A DNA stretch of 64,000 nt from assembly GCA_965217865.1 (NCBI GenBank), contig CBDCJO010000002.1:5472001-5536000 (forward strand), given 5' to 3'. Both the position numbers and the translations under genes were made by a program. This document shows, piece by piece, positions 20,771-31,251 of this stretch; positions within the stretch are counted from its first letter, which is position 1, and each line of letters opens with the position of its first letter. The stretch is from Candidatus Latescibacterota bacterium (GTDB lineage Bacteria > Latescibacterota > UBA2968 > SICM01). The notes beneath the pieces were generated by a model. The model did not search any database, was not told the origin of the DNA, and worked only from the letters and a program-made list of their open reading frames with translations.

Positions 20771-21523
20771 TCACTCAAACGATTTTTTTGCGAGAACGAT
20801 CATGCTCGCGGAATTCCAGGAAAACGCTCCACCCTCGAAGTCTCCCCATACTCCGTCTACAGCCAACCCACTTGCCGAAAGAAGCATGTCAAGTTCCGTG
20901 AAGGTATAGAGGCGGATATCGTGATGTAAGCGGGTCTCCGTCCCATCCTTGATTACCGTCACATCGACCGTGGATCGAGCCGACACAGGATCGAACATCC
21001 GCTCCTCGATCACGATCATCCCATCAGGGCGATACACTTGGGTGGGTCGGAAATGCCGAACGATCGCATCTCTGTTGACGGTCTGGATCAGAACCGCCCC
21101 CCCGAGTTTTAAAGATCCCCTGATTTCACCCAGCACATGAAAATTTTCGGTTTCATCGAAGTACCCAATGGATGTGAACATGCTGATCACGGCATCGCAG
21201 CACCCTTCAAAGGGCAAATGGCGCATGTCCCCCCGGACCAGGGACGGAATCGCCCCGTCCGCGTTCTTAAGACCCGGGAGACTTTTTTGAGCTTCCTTGA
21301 GCAAAGCCGGGGATAGGTCGAAACCCACAAGATCGAGACCCTGACTTGCCATGGGGATGGTATGCCTACCGTATCCACAACAGAGGTCCAGGACTCGCAT
21401 ATTCGGTTTTAGCCCCAGCGTCTCGACAATGAATGCCACTTCTTTCGCGGTGTCCGGATGGTCGTCGAACAGGAGGTATTCCTCTCTGAAAAACCGACGG
21501 AACCATGGTTCTTGTTCACTCAC
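20771..21523 (-). CDS. Class I SAM-dependent methyltransferase
   Basis: VLDLCCGYGRH, GDMR, FTSIGYF. Confidence 0.88.
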   Translation of the reverse strand: MSEQEPWFRRFFREEYLLFDDHPDTAKEVAFIVETLGLKPNMRVLDLCCGYGRHTIPMASQGLDLVGFDLSPALLKEAQKSLPGLKNADGAIPSLVRGDMRHLPFEGCCDAVISMFTSIGYFDETENFHVLGEIRGSLKLGGAVLIQTVNRDAIVRHFRPTQVYRPDGMIVIEERMFDPVSARSTVDVTVIKDGTETRLHHDIRLYTFTELDMLLSASGLAVDGVWGDFEGGAFSWNSASMIVLAKKSFE

Positions 21524-21691
21524 GGGTCTCCCCTAACGGTTCAGGAAGTATGCTAACGTGCCCTCCTTTTAAAGGATGGCTCGCGAACCGCTCCTACACA
21601 AATAAGTATCCACTCGAAAAAAAAAGAGAAGGGGCATACAGGATAAGAGCACGCCCCTTAATGGTCATACACTACGATTTAAATGTTCGAT

Positions 21692-22492
21692 TCAATCGAT
21701 CACAAACAGGACTTTTCCCAAAGCCAGAAATCCACGAGCCGCGTCGCGGACATTCTGTGAATCTTCGGCAGATAGGATCACATCCGTTTTGTTTTTACCT
21801 GCTCCCCGGAGACTTTTCGCGATGAGGGGATTCGTTCCTCCTCTCAAGTTCCTCCTGGCGCTTTCAAGATCCTTTACATAGCCGACGACCCCCTTTTCCA
21901 CAGCTTCGGCCCGGGTAAGAAACGATGCCCCGTAGATAATCGTTTCTTTGTCATCGATCAATTTCGGGGAAAGGGAGGCGGCTAGATGGAGCCCCCTGGT
22001 GTCGATGATCAGTCCGGTATACCCCTCAGGATAGGTTTCTTCGGTAAGGGGTGGGGATGGGGAGAATCCCTCCATCGGGAGCACCAGGTCTGCCAGTCCG
22101 CTGCGATGTATCTCAATAGCGAGAGAAATAGAACCGTCCTTCAGATACTCGGGAGGGCCTACTCGCCGTGCCCCGCGTAAAAGGGATTCGACCCGATCCC
22201 GAACGACCTCGTTTTCATCGACGAGGTCCTGAACGGTCGTCTCTGCGTTAATAGGCAGGTTGTAAACAAGCCATCCCAGTTTTTTCTGAGCATCAACGAT
22301 GGCCCCCCGGATGGCAATCGTTCTTGCGTGGGCTATATTTGTGGGATTGGGAGGGGGTTCACCGACCCCAACGGCCTTGATGGTGTTGGAATCCCAATCG
22401 TTCCCGAGGGCGAGTGGGGGGGTCTGGGAAAAGAGGGGAACTCCTGTGACAAGGGGATATAGGAAGACGGCAACGATCGTGAATTTCAACAT
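21692..22492 (-). CDS. LPP20-like exported protein
   Basis: Signal peptide; YTGLIID.RGL, NPLI motifs. Confidence 0.65.
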   Translation of the reverse strand: MLKFTIVAVFLYPLVTGVPLFSQTPPLALGNDWDSNTIKAVGVGEPPPNPTNIAHARTIAIRGAIVDAQKKLGWLVYNLPINAETTVQDLVDENEVVRDRVESLLRGARRVGPPEYLKDGSISLAIEIHRSGLADLVLPMEGFSPSPPLTEETYPEGYTGLIIDTRGLHLAASLSPKLIDDKETIIYGASFLTRAEAVEKGVVGYVKDLESARRNLRGGTNPLIAKSLRGAGKNKTDVILSAEDSQNVRDAARGFLALGKVLFVID

Positions 22493-22639
22493 CGATTTAC
22501 ACCATGCAGAAAAATCGATCCGGTTATCGTATTGCCCCGATTGTCTGAAATTATAGTCTCATCCACACCCTGTCAAGCGGATTCTGTACCTGGTTAATGG
22601 CTGTTGAAGACAAAAAAAAACGCCCATAGGGCGATTCAA

Positions 22640-22714
<75 letters not shown>

Positions 22715-22828
22715 TCATTGGTTCGTTATCAAATTAAAGATAAGCTATCCCTTTTTTGAAGTCAATCAGAAAACGAGACGGGATCCGGGATTCGCACATC
22801 TGTGTTCAACTTATATATTATCAACTCT

Positions 22829-23746
22829 TTATTCATGCTTTTTGTTAAGAGCCGATAGGACCTCCCCTACGAGATTCGCCGAGAAAGCATTCAACCACTG
22901 AACACGACTTTCGCCACGCAGCCAAGTCATCTGGCGCTTGGCATAACGGCGCGATTCTTTCTGGATCTCCCGCACCGCCTCGGCCAGCGGAATCCTTCCT
23001 TCCAGAAAAGCGAAAACTTCCCGATAACCAAAAGTACCAACTGCCGAATTTTCCGGAACATATCCCCGGCTACGAAGCCGAATCGTCTCTTCAACCAGGC
23101 CTTGCTGCACCATACGCTCCGCCCTATCCTCAATCCGCTCATAGAGATCGGACATCTCCATTCGAAGTCCGAGAACAACAGACTCCCCCTCGAACTTGCC
23201 CCTTCGAGGTTTGGTCTGCCAAAAAGAAAGCGGATCTCCGGTTACCTCGTAGATCTCAAGGCCCCGCACGATCCGTTGCCGATCTGTGGGGTGTATCCGC
23301 TTAGCGAAAATTGGATCGACTTCCTGAAGCCGTTTGAATAAAATCGCCAAATCCGATTTTGCCTCAGCTCGGATTCTCTCCCGCACTTTCCCATTTACGT
23401 CGGGCATCGGGGAGAGGCCATCGAGAAGGCTACGTATGTAAAGACCGCACCCCCCCACCACGATGGGCAAACGGCCTCGAGCCTGGATATCCCCGATAAC
23501 TGATAGGGCATCCCGGCGGAAACGGCCAGCGTTATAACGATCACAAGGATCCACAAAATCGATCAGATGATGCGAGACCATTTGCCTCTGAGAGGGTGTG
23601 GGCTTGGCCGTCCCGGTGTCCATATGCCGATATATCTGCCTGGAATCCGCCGACACGATCTCCCCATCCAGGAGCCCGGCGATGCGGATGCCCACCTCGG
23701 TCTTTCCGGTCGCCGTGGGACCTGTAATTACCAGTAAGGGTGCCAA
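22829..23746 (-). CDS. miaA: tRNA dimethylallyltransferase
   Basis: GPTATGKT, SADSRQIY, GTAKP, YAKRQMTW. Confidence 0.95.
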   Translation of the reverse strand: MAPLLVITGPTATGKTEVGIRIAGLLDGEIVSADSRQIYRHMDTGTAKPTPSQRQMVSHHLIDFVDPCDRYNAGRFRRDALSVIGDIQARGRLPIVVGGCGLYIRSLLDGLSPMPDVNGKVRERIRAEAKSDLAILFKRLQEVDPIFAKRIHPTDRQRIVRGLEIYEVTGDPLSFWQTKPRRGKFEGESVVLGLRMEMSDLYERIEDRAERMVQQGLVEETIRLRSRGYVPENSAVGTFGYREVFAFLEGRIPLAEAVREIQKESRRYAKRQMTWLRGESRVQWLNAFSANLVGEVLSALNKKHE

Positions 23747-23814
23747 TCTCGAACCTCTTTGGAGTACAGGTAAGCGGGAGAAAAGGGAATAGGCTACGAG
23801 CGCCGTACGACCAG

Positions 23815-25629
23815 CTATCTCCCGAATCGACGGTGAATCTCATCCAGCGCCATCTTGACTACGATCGGGCGGCCGTGCGGACAGACAAACGGATCATCAG
23901 CTGCGAAGAGTCGATCGATCAGGGTTTTCATCTCCCTGGTGGAAAGGCGCTCTCCAGCCCGTATGGCGGTATGGCAGGCATATGAGGTGGCCACCTGCTC
24001 CTCCAGCCTCGATTTCGGCTTCTCCTCCTCCCTGAGGTCTTCGATGATCTCTTTCAAAAGTTTGCCGTCGTTCCACTGCCGGAGGCCGGTGGGAATAGCA
24101 TCCACCACCGCGGAATTACCCCCCAGATCCCTGATGCCGAAACCCAAACGCTCGAACAGGGGGGATACTTCCTTCAGGAATACCATCTCGGGCAAACTGA
24201 GGGAGACAGAGAGGGGAAATAGAAGCTGTTGGCCGGCCGTTGGCTGAGACTGGAAAGCCCGGAGGGTTTCTTCGAAAATGATGCGTTCGTGGGCGACATG
24301 TTGGTCGACGATGATCAGACCATTCTTGATCTCCGCCAGGATGTATGTCTCGTGCATCTGCCAGACCGATACGGTTTCGGACTCCGGATCCACCTCAGCC
24401 CCAGTTTCCCCTCCCTCAGAATCCCCATCCGATGGTTTACGCTCGATCAGAGGCAGCGAAATCTGCGAATCCAGATCGAAGGGGGTGTTCTCGAAATGGC
24501 GCCGATCCTTTCCTTTGCGGCCATACCCGTCGGACGGTTCACGGACGAGTGAAGGTCGGGTATAAGGTCCTCCGTACGAACGATGCCCAGCCTTCTCATC
24601 CTGAAGGTTTTCCAGGGAATCGGGGGAGACTTCGGGGATCACGTCCGCATCCCGCATGGCACGCCTGACCGCATTCGAGATGACTTTATAGAACCTGCGC
24701 TCGTCATCCAGGCGTACTTCCCTCTTGGTCGGATGCACATTGACGTCCACCCTATCGCCTGGAACCTCGATGTAAAGAACGTAAAACGGAAAATTCCCTC
24801 GGGATATCAGTCCACCGTAGCCATCCAAAACTGCTTTTGTGAACGTGCGGTTCTGGATCGGCCGATCATTGATCAAGAATACCTGATGGGTTCCTGAGCG
24901 GCGGACGAAGTTCGGCTTTCCAAGAAATCCGTTGACCCGGATCCCCTCCTCCTCTGCCTTCGCCACTACCGCCTCCCGATCCAGGTTCAACCCGAAAACC
25001 TCCTCGATCCTTTGCTTTCGGTCTCCCGGTGAAAGACGTAGCAGAGGCCGGCCATTGTGGGACAGGATCAGATTGATGCCTGGGAACGCAAGGCCGACTT
25101 TGCTCACGCAGGCGACAATGTGTCGCATCTCGGTTTCGATCCCCCTCAGATATTTTCTTCTCGCAGGCACGTTGTAGAACAGGCCGAGCACACTGACGGT
25201 CGTCCCAGCATCCCTACCGACGGTATTCACTTCACGAACAACACCCCCCTCAACCGATATATAGGTTCCAGCATCAGCCTCTGATACGCGGGTCTCCAAG
25301 ACCAACCGGCTGACGGCTGCGATGCTCGGCAGGGCTTCCCCCCTGAAACCCAGGGTTGAAATAACGTTCAGATCGGAAAAATGTCGGATCTTGCTTGTCG
25401 CGTGACGCTCCAGCGCAAGGAGAGCATCCTCCCGATCCATTCCGGATCCATTATCGCTGACCCGGATGGCCTCCCGCCCTCCCGCTGCCACATCGATGAC
25501 GATCCTATCCCCCCCGGCGTCGATGGCATTCTCGACCAGCTCCTTTACCACGGCTGCCGGTCGTTCAACGACCTCACCGGCCGCGATCTTGTTGGCCAGC
25601 TCGTCCGGAAGGATTTGTATCGTAGGCAT
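23815..25629 (-). CDS. mutL: DNA mismatch repair protein MutL
   Basis: IAAGEVVERP, GFRGEAL, DQHVAHER, CPHGRP. Confidence 0.97.
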   Translation of the reverse strand: MPTIQILPDELANKIAAGEVVERPAAVVKELVENAIDAGGDRIVIDVAAGGREAIRVSDNGSGMDREDALLALERHATSKIRHFSDLNVISTLGFRGEALPSIAAVSRLVLETRVSEADAGTYISVEGGVVREVNTVGRDAGTTVSVLGLFYNVPARRKYLRGIETEMRHIVACVSKVGLAFPGINLILSHNGRPLLRLSPGDRKQRIEEVFGLNLDREAVVAKAEEEGIRVNGFLGKPNFVRRSGTHQVFLINDRPIQNRTFTKAVLDGYGGLISRGNFPFYVLYIEVPGDRVDVNVHPTKREVRLDDERRFYKVISNAVRRAMRDADVIPEVSPDSLENLQDEKAGHRSYGGPYTRPSLVREPSDGYGRKGKDRRHFENTPFDLDSQISLPLIERKPSDGDSEGGETGAEVDPESETVSVWQMHETYILAEIKNGLIIVDQHVAHERIIFEETLRAFQSQPTAGQQLLFPLSVSLSLPEMVFLKEVSPLFERLGFGIRDLGGNSAVVDAIPTGLRQWNDGKLLKEIIEDLREEEKPKSRLEEQVATSYACHTAIRAGERLSTREMKTLIDRLFAADDPFVCPHGRPIVVKMALDEIHRRFGR

Positions 25630-25761
25630 AGCAAAAAGGAAGCGTTCAGCTGTCAGTCAACGTTCCAGGGGAGATCAGGTCTAAGGATCCAAGTCCTACC
25701 CGTAACCAGTGATCATCCCGTTCGGAAAGCTGACTTTGGAAGACTGAACGCTCGTAGAGGG

Positions 25762-27019
25762 TTAACCTGTCCTGAGGGCCAACAGGAACGATTGCGCGTC
25801 CTCCAGGTCATTCTTGGCCGCTTCGGCCAGGATCTGGATTCCCTTTTCCGTCATCGCGAAACGGTCCATCACCGACTGGTCGATCGCCGGAATCAAATTA
25901 TCCCCCCCATTCCCGAACTCCAGGGTCCGGCAGATTATATCCGCAAGGTGGATCACGCCGACAAGCCGCTGATACCGCCGGACATACTGTGGGTTGTGGT
26001 GGCTCTTGATGCTGTTCTGGAGGTCTTCGCCTTTTCCACCACTTCAATGTAATATTCCGAGAAGAAGCTGTCCAGAACCAGCTTCCCCACGTCGTGCAGC
26101 ATCCCCGCAAGAAACGCCGACTCCGACTCTGTCTGAAGCTTCTTGGCCACCGTACGGGCGACAAATCCCGTCCCCACCGAGTGACGCCAGAACGCCATCA
26201 GGTCCAACCCTCCTTCTTCTTCTTCGCACCTCCCAGCTTTTGGAATACCTGTGCGGACATCACCAGATTCGCGATCTCCTCGAAACCCAGTAGCGAAACC
26301 CCCACTTTCAGAGAACTCACCTTCTTACGAAGCCCGTAGTAAGCCGAGTTCACCAGTTTCAGGACCGTGGCCAGGAGGCTCGGGTCCATCTTGATCTGTT
26401 CGGCCAGGGCCTCGCTGGTGGCATCTTCGCTTTTGGCGAGTTTCATGATCTCGGCGTGGGTGGTCGGGAAAGAGGGCAGCCCCTCGATCTTCTTCACCCG
26501 TTCACGGATTGTCTGCCGGGCGGGATCACCTTCTTCCTGTGCATCCTCCGAAGCATCATCCGAACCCGCTTCCCCCGGCTGACCGGATGGCTTGTCCTCG
26601 GTCTCCGGAGCGACAGGTCCGGACAGGGCCTCTTGGATCCGGTTCACAAGCTCGCTGGGCCGGAAGGGTTTGACAAGATAGGAACTGACACCCGCGTCCC
26701 TTGCCTTAATGACGATGTCCGCCGACGGGTTGGCTGAGGTCAGGATGACCGGAATGTGATTGAACTTCGGGCTTAATCCTACCAGCTCGGCCAGCCGAAT
26801 CCCATTGCCGGGGATCGATATCTCCACAACTATCAAGTCGGCAAAAGAATCCTGGAGATAACGCACGGCAGACAGACCGTCGACCACCGCAGTGGTCTCA
26901 TACTTGGGCGATAGCATCTGGCTGATCAAATCACTGAACCGCTGTCTGTCCACTACCAGGACCTGCTTGGCCCCGTCGCTTTTTTGTGCTTCGGTGTCCA
27001 TTTGTGCTTCGGTGTCCAA
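25762..27019 (-). pseudogene. REC + HDOD domain protein, disrupted
   Basis: Three ORF pieces: frameshift near 26225, then a jump from KTSRTASRA to HHNP near 26000 lacking the usual H..G..L...W segment. Confidence 0.75.
26983..27018. repeat. Perfect 18-bp tandem duplication at the gene start
   Basis: TTTGTGCTTCGGTGTCCA twice (encodes MDTEAQ twice). Confidence 0.9.
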
Positions 27020-27056
27020 TGGAAGAAATCCTTAAATTACTCTGGTTGGTTAGAAA

Positions 27057-27944
27057 TCAAGAGTCGGCAACAAGCCGCTGATAAGCCTCCTGATATTTCT
27101 CAGCGGTCTGAGATACGATCTCTTCCGGCAAATCCGGAGCAGGAGGTGTCTTGTCCCAATCGAGCGTGTCCAGGTAATCACGGACAAACTGTTTGTCAAA
27201 GCTTTCCTGAGACCGTCCGGCTTGATACCGGTCCTTCGGCCAGAATCGGGAGGAGTCCGGAGAAAGGATCTCGTCGATCATGATGATCTCCCCATCGACT
27301 GTTCCAAACTCGAACTTTGTATCTGCGAGGAGGATCCCTCTCCCTTCCGCATAACTCCAGGCCTTCCGATAGATAGCGATGCTGATCTCACGGAGTGTTT
27401 GCACGATATTTTTCCCGATCGCTTCAGCAGCCTGTTCGACCGAAATATTCTCATCGTGGCCCGAATCAGCCTTGGTTGCAGGTGTAAAGATCGGTTCGGA
27501 CAACCTTTCCGATTCCTGCAATCCCGGTGGAAGGCGGTGTCCCGAGGTCATTCCCGTCGCCCGATAATCCCTCCACCCGGACCCGGCCAGATATCCCCGG
27601 ACCACACATTCGAGGTCGATCCGTTTCGCCTTCTTGACAAGCATGGATCGTCCCTCAATCTGGTCTGAATAACGATGCAGTCCCTCAGGATATTCCTCCA
27701 CGTTCGCAGTTATCAGGTGGTTCGGGACGATATCTTGGGTGATTCCGAACCAGAAGAGGGACATCGCCGTAAGAACCTTCCCTTTTTGTGGGATACCGTT
27801 GGGCATGATAACGTCATAAGCCGATATCCTGTCCGTGGCCACGATCAACAGTCGGTCGTCCAGATCGTAGATATCCCGAACCTTCCCTCGGGCAAACAAT
27901 CGGACTCCGTCCAGTTCAGTGTGAAGCAATGCCTTCGTTTTCAC
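27057..27944 (-). CDS. purC: SAICAR synthetase
   Basis: RGKVRDIY, TDRISAYD, DTKFEFG, DE.LSPDSSRFW, DKQFVRD; start moved to GTG 27944. Confidence 0.95.
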   Translation of the reverse strand: MKTKALLHTELDGVRLFARGKVRDIYDLDDRLLIVATDRISAYDVIMPNGIPQKGKVLTAMSLFWFGITQDIVPNHLITANVEEYPEGLHRYSDQIEGRSMLVKKAKRIDLECVVRGYLAGSGWRDYRATGMTSGHRLPPGLQESERLSEPIFTPATKADSGHDENISVEQAAEAIGKNIVQTLREISIAIYRKAWSYAEGRGILLADTKFEFGTVDGEIIMIDEILSPDSSRFWPKDRYQAGRSQESFDKQFVRDYLDTLDWDKTPPAPDLPEEIVSQTAEKYQEAYQRLVADS

Positions 27945-28160
27945 AATTGCCGCTATCCGGGGTTTGAAGTTTTTTCGGCAAATGGTTGGGGGATAAAACC
28001 AGAAAAATATTTGATAGATATTATCAAATCCAATCCTCAAAGTCAAGCCGTTTTAAGGGCGTTTCGGATTGAAAATGATCCCTGCGCCACCGACAGAGAT
28101 AAAAAAAACCAGGCTCATATGGCCTGGCTTCGAATCGTGAACAGCTCGACAGTCCGGATA

Positions 28161-28784
28161 TTATGGTGGATGGCCGGGTGTATATTCCGGCGGTCTCATT
28201 CGGAACTTCCTTCCTTCCCCCCCACGTCTTCGCCGATGCTGCATGATATCCATAATGGCGTCGCGAAGGACGTGATCGAATCTTTGTTCAAACAACATCA
28301 GATGGGCTTGCTGCCTCACTGAGAGGATTTTGGCGGCCTCAGACCGAAAAGTTGATTTTGCCTGACGAAGGAGTTCCTCTTCCCGTTGGATGGCCAACAT
28401 CGTGTCGACCAGAGCTTTTTCCGTAGTCTCGGGTCGTCGGATCATCCTCATCAGGACTCTGGAGAGCTGCTCACGTCCGTCGTTCAATCTGTCCTGCTCG
28501 GCGTCAGAGCGCTTGAGTGCGAGAAAGAACCTTTCGGATTGGCCTTCCTCCAGGTCAAGGATATCGATTAAACGCCACATCCGCACCATACGTATCCGGT
28601 CCCGACGCTCCTCGGGAGATCCCTGGAACCTCTTCCCGGGCGGAGGTTGGGCATTTCCAGACGAGACAGTGAACCCTGGGAACACGAATCCGAACAGGAG
28701 CAGCCACGCGAAAGATGAGGACACGAAGCACCGCCTGACCCGACGGAGATTTGTGGAGCTATCTGAATGGGTCAAAAAAGTCAT
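28161..28784 (-). CDS. Periplasmic Spy/CpxP-like helical protein
   Basis: Signal peptide, LDL.E.Q and ILS..QQ motifs; in ECF operon. Confidence 0.65.
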   Translation of the reverse strand: MTFLTHSDSSTNLRRVRRCFVSSSFAWLLLFGFVFPGFTVSSGNAQPPPGKRFQGSPEERRDRIRMVRMWRLIDILDLEEGQSERFFLALKRSDAEQDRLNDGREQLSRVLMRMIRRPETTEKALVDTMLAIQREEELLRQAKSTFRSEAAKILSVRQQAHLMLFEQRFDHVLRDAIMDIMQHRRRRGGEGRKFRMRPPEYTPGHPP

Positions 28785-29428
28785 ACCGTTAACCGCTCCT
28801 CGATCTTCTTTAAAACTTGATCAATCTCCTCATCATCGAGATCGTAGAGAAGGGATTCGATCTGAACGCCCCGAAGGTACTCATCCCTGTAATCGATCCA
28901 TGGGTCGGGATCATCCTGGACGCCCACCGTGCGTTCGAAGGCTTTCCCGGGTGGACTTCGATCCGTTCCGTTGAAACTCACAACCCCCACGTCAATGTCC
29001 ATCAGCTCCGTCATGACTTCATCGAATAGTTCTGGATCCTGAGCGACCACGGCGATCCTGTTCGAAACGGATAGGTAGTCGCTCTCTATGGGTTCATCGA
29101 AATCCGTTTCCATGTCTCTCAACCCGATGACCATCAATAGGAGTAAAGCCGCAGTCGCAAACATGGCGGGTACCAGGCGGAAGGCATAGCGCTTGCGGTG
29201 TTGTTCTATCCCACTTCGAATTCGGACTAACATCCGGGATGCAGACTGATCGGACCGGACCGGTACCCGATAGGTTTTCGCCATATCCAGGGTTTGCTGG
29301 ATGGGCTGGAGCGCAGCCTGACAATCGGCACAAGAGGCGAGATGGGACTTGATCATCTCTGCCCTGACATCGTTAAGGTCCCCATCGGCATAAGGTATCA
29401 GATCTTTTTCGATCTCGCGGCAGTTCAT
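28781..29428 (-). CDS. zf-HC2 anti-sigma factor
   Basis: MNC...HLASCADC plus one TM. Confidence 0.85.
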   Translation of the reverse strand: MNCREIEKDLIPYADGDLNDVRAEMIKSHLASCADCQAALQPIQQTLDMAKTYRVPVRSDQSASRMLVRIRSGIEQHRKRYAFRLVPAMFATAALLLLMVIGLRDMETDFDEPIESDYLSVSNRIAVVAQDPELFDEVMTELMDIDVGVVSFNGTDRSPPGKAFERTVGVQDDPDPWIDYRDEYLRGVQIESLLYDLDDEEIDQVLKKIEERLTV

Positions 29429-30048
29429 AAGCCACCTTCCTCCATATACCGTTGAAATCCCGTGAGCTCTCGCTGAAGCCGTTTCACAGCGTGAAAATAG
29501 TTTGCCTTCACCGCTCCCACGGACCTTTTCAAGACATCGCCAATCTCCTCGTGAGACAGACCTTCATATTGCCTAAGCAGGAAAACCGCCCTCTGTTTTG
29601 GGGGAAGCTTATCAATCGCCTTTTTCACGGCGGCTCCCACATCACCCCGCGCCAATTCCTCTTCCGGGCTTACCCCACGCCTTCCACGCCAACGCATCGT
29701 ATAGTCTGCTAAGACAGTTTCTCTTATCTTATTCCGGCGCAAATGATTAACGCAATAATTTACAGTGATTCGATAAAGCCAGGTATAGAGGGTCGAATCT
29801 TCTCTGAAACGGTCAAGGGCGTGGTAGGCTTTCACGAATACTTCCTGACAGATATCTTCGGCATCCTCGGAACCCCTAACCATGCGAAGGGCCAGGTTGT
29901 ATACCCGGTTCTGATGCCGGAGAACCAATTCATTAAAGGCCTGCTCGTCGCCGGACTTGAATCTCTGAACGAGCACCTGATCGGTATCATGGCCGACCAC
30001 CATACCCTCTGTATCGAATCGTCGGAGACATCTCAGGTTCTGATGCAT
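29425..30048 (-). CDS. ECF sigma factor
   Basis: DAEDICQEVF, TWLYRI.VN, GLSHEEI; start may be ATG 30003. Confidence 0.92.
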   Translation of the reverse strand: MHQNLRCLRRFDTEGMVVGHDTDQVLVQRFKSGDEQAFNELVLRHQNRVYNLALRMVRGSEDAEDICQEVFVKAYHALDRFREDSTLYTWLYRITVNYCVNHLRRNKIRETVLADYTMRWRGRRGVSPEEELARGDVGAAVKKAIDKLPPKQRAVFLLRQYEGLSHEEIGDVLKRSVGAVKANYFHAVKRLQRELTGFQRYMEEGGL

Positions 30049-30193
30049 AGGCCCGAACGCTTCAGATGGTTTGTTTTGTATCTATTTATATTCTAATTGT
30101 TAGACTCATATACACGAGAAAAAGTTTAACCAAATTTAACAATCCGAGCAGAAAATATGGGGGATGATGATACCGTGTTTAAGCCAATTAATA

Positions 30194-30673
30194 TTAAACT
30201 CTTATATCAGACACCTCGTCAAGGATTGATGTGAGGTTTTCCACCACCTCACCCTTACAGGTTTCGATCCAGGTCAGGTCCTTCTCAAGAATTCGGCCGT
30301 CTTCGGCGCACGCTCGAACCTCCTCCTCATCCAGCACTGATACCCGGCCTTCTGATGATACCCAGATGTCCAGAAGCATATCCAGATAAGACACCCTGTC
30401 ATCTTCAATTCGAACATCCCTGCAGATGTGAAAGACATGTCCTTTCAGGTCTCCTGCCGGACCGTACATCCGCCACGCAACATATCCCCTATCTGACCAG
30501 TAGTGTGCCAACGTCGTTGAACCAGGGTCGAAAACCACATCTCCGATACGTCCGGTCCGATCGCTGACATACCGAAGCACCAGATGGTCCGGCTCCCTTA
30601 CTACCAGCTCACAACGGAACGCTTGATCGGGTTTGTTGATGTGGCGTTTGATCTCGGTGATGTATTCGGCCAT
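30194..30673 (-). CDS. DUF402-like protein
   Basis: YLDMLLDIWV...VLDEEE motif; start ATG 30673. Confidence 0.7.
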   Translation of the reverse strand: MAEYITEIKRHINKPDQAFRCELVVREPDHLVLRYVSDRTGRIGDVVFDPGSTTLAHYWSDRGYVAWRMYGPAGDLKGHVFHICRDVRIEDDRVSYLDMLLDIWVSSEGRVSVLDEEEVRACAEDGRILEKDLTWIETCKGEVVENLTSILDEVSDIRV

Positions 30674-30827
30674 CTTTAGAGCCACACCAGCAGCCAGAGT
30701 AACCCCAGCGCGACGACGACCCCCCCCCAGTGATAGTAACCGAGCAGCTTCCAATTTTTCCCAGAAGCAAACGATTGAATGGAAAAAATCGCGACGAGGC
30801 CGATCAAGAGAATCATGCCCCTCAGAC

Positions 30828-31226
30828 TCATTTTATACCTTTCTGTATCGATCCGCCAATTCCCTCAAAAATCTTGTTGGCGGCCTGAAGCCCCTCCCAG
30901 CAGGCCGGGAAACCCGCATAGGGGGCCATCTGAAACATGACTTCTTTGATCTCCTCTTCGCTGGCCCCGTTTACCAGAGCCATCTGAATATTGAGATTCA
31001 GGGCGCTCGGGCGGCCAAGAGCCGTCAAAGCGGCGATTGTACACAGACTCCGGGTCTTTAAATCCAGATGAGGGCGGGACCAGATCTCGCCCGCGAGAAA
31101 ACCCACGACATACTTTTCGAATTCAGGATCCGCCTCCAGGAAGGCGGTTCTTACGTCATCAAACTTTGATCCGGTCATTTTTTTCAGGACCTTCAGACCC
31201 TTGTCGTAGGTTTTTTGATCGATCAT
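30828..31226 (-). CDS. Carboxymuconolactone decarboxylase family protein
   Basis: GEIWSRP.LD.KTRSL, YAGFP. Confidence 0.88.
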   Translation of the reverse strand: MIDQKTYDKGLKVLKKMTGSKFDDVRTAFLEADPEFEKYVVGFLAGEIWSRPHLDLKTRSLCTIAALTALGRPSALNLNIQMALVNGASEEEIKEVMFQMAPYAGFPACWEGLQAANKIFEGIGGSIQKGIK

Positions 31227-31251
31227 CAGACCTCCTTAAAAAGCATCCCAG

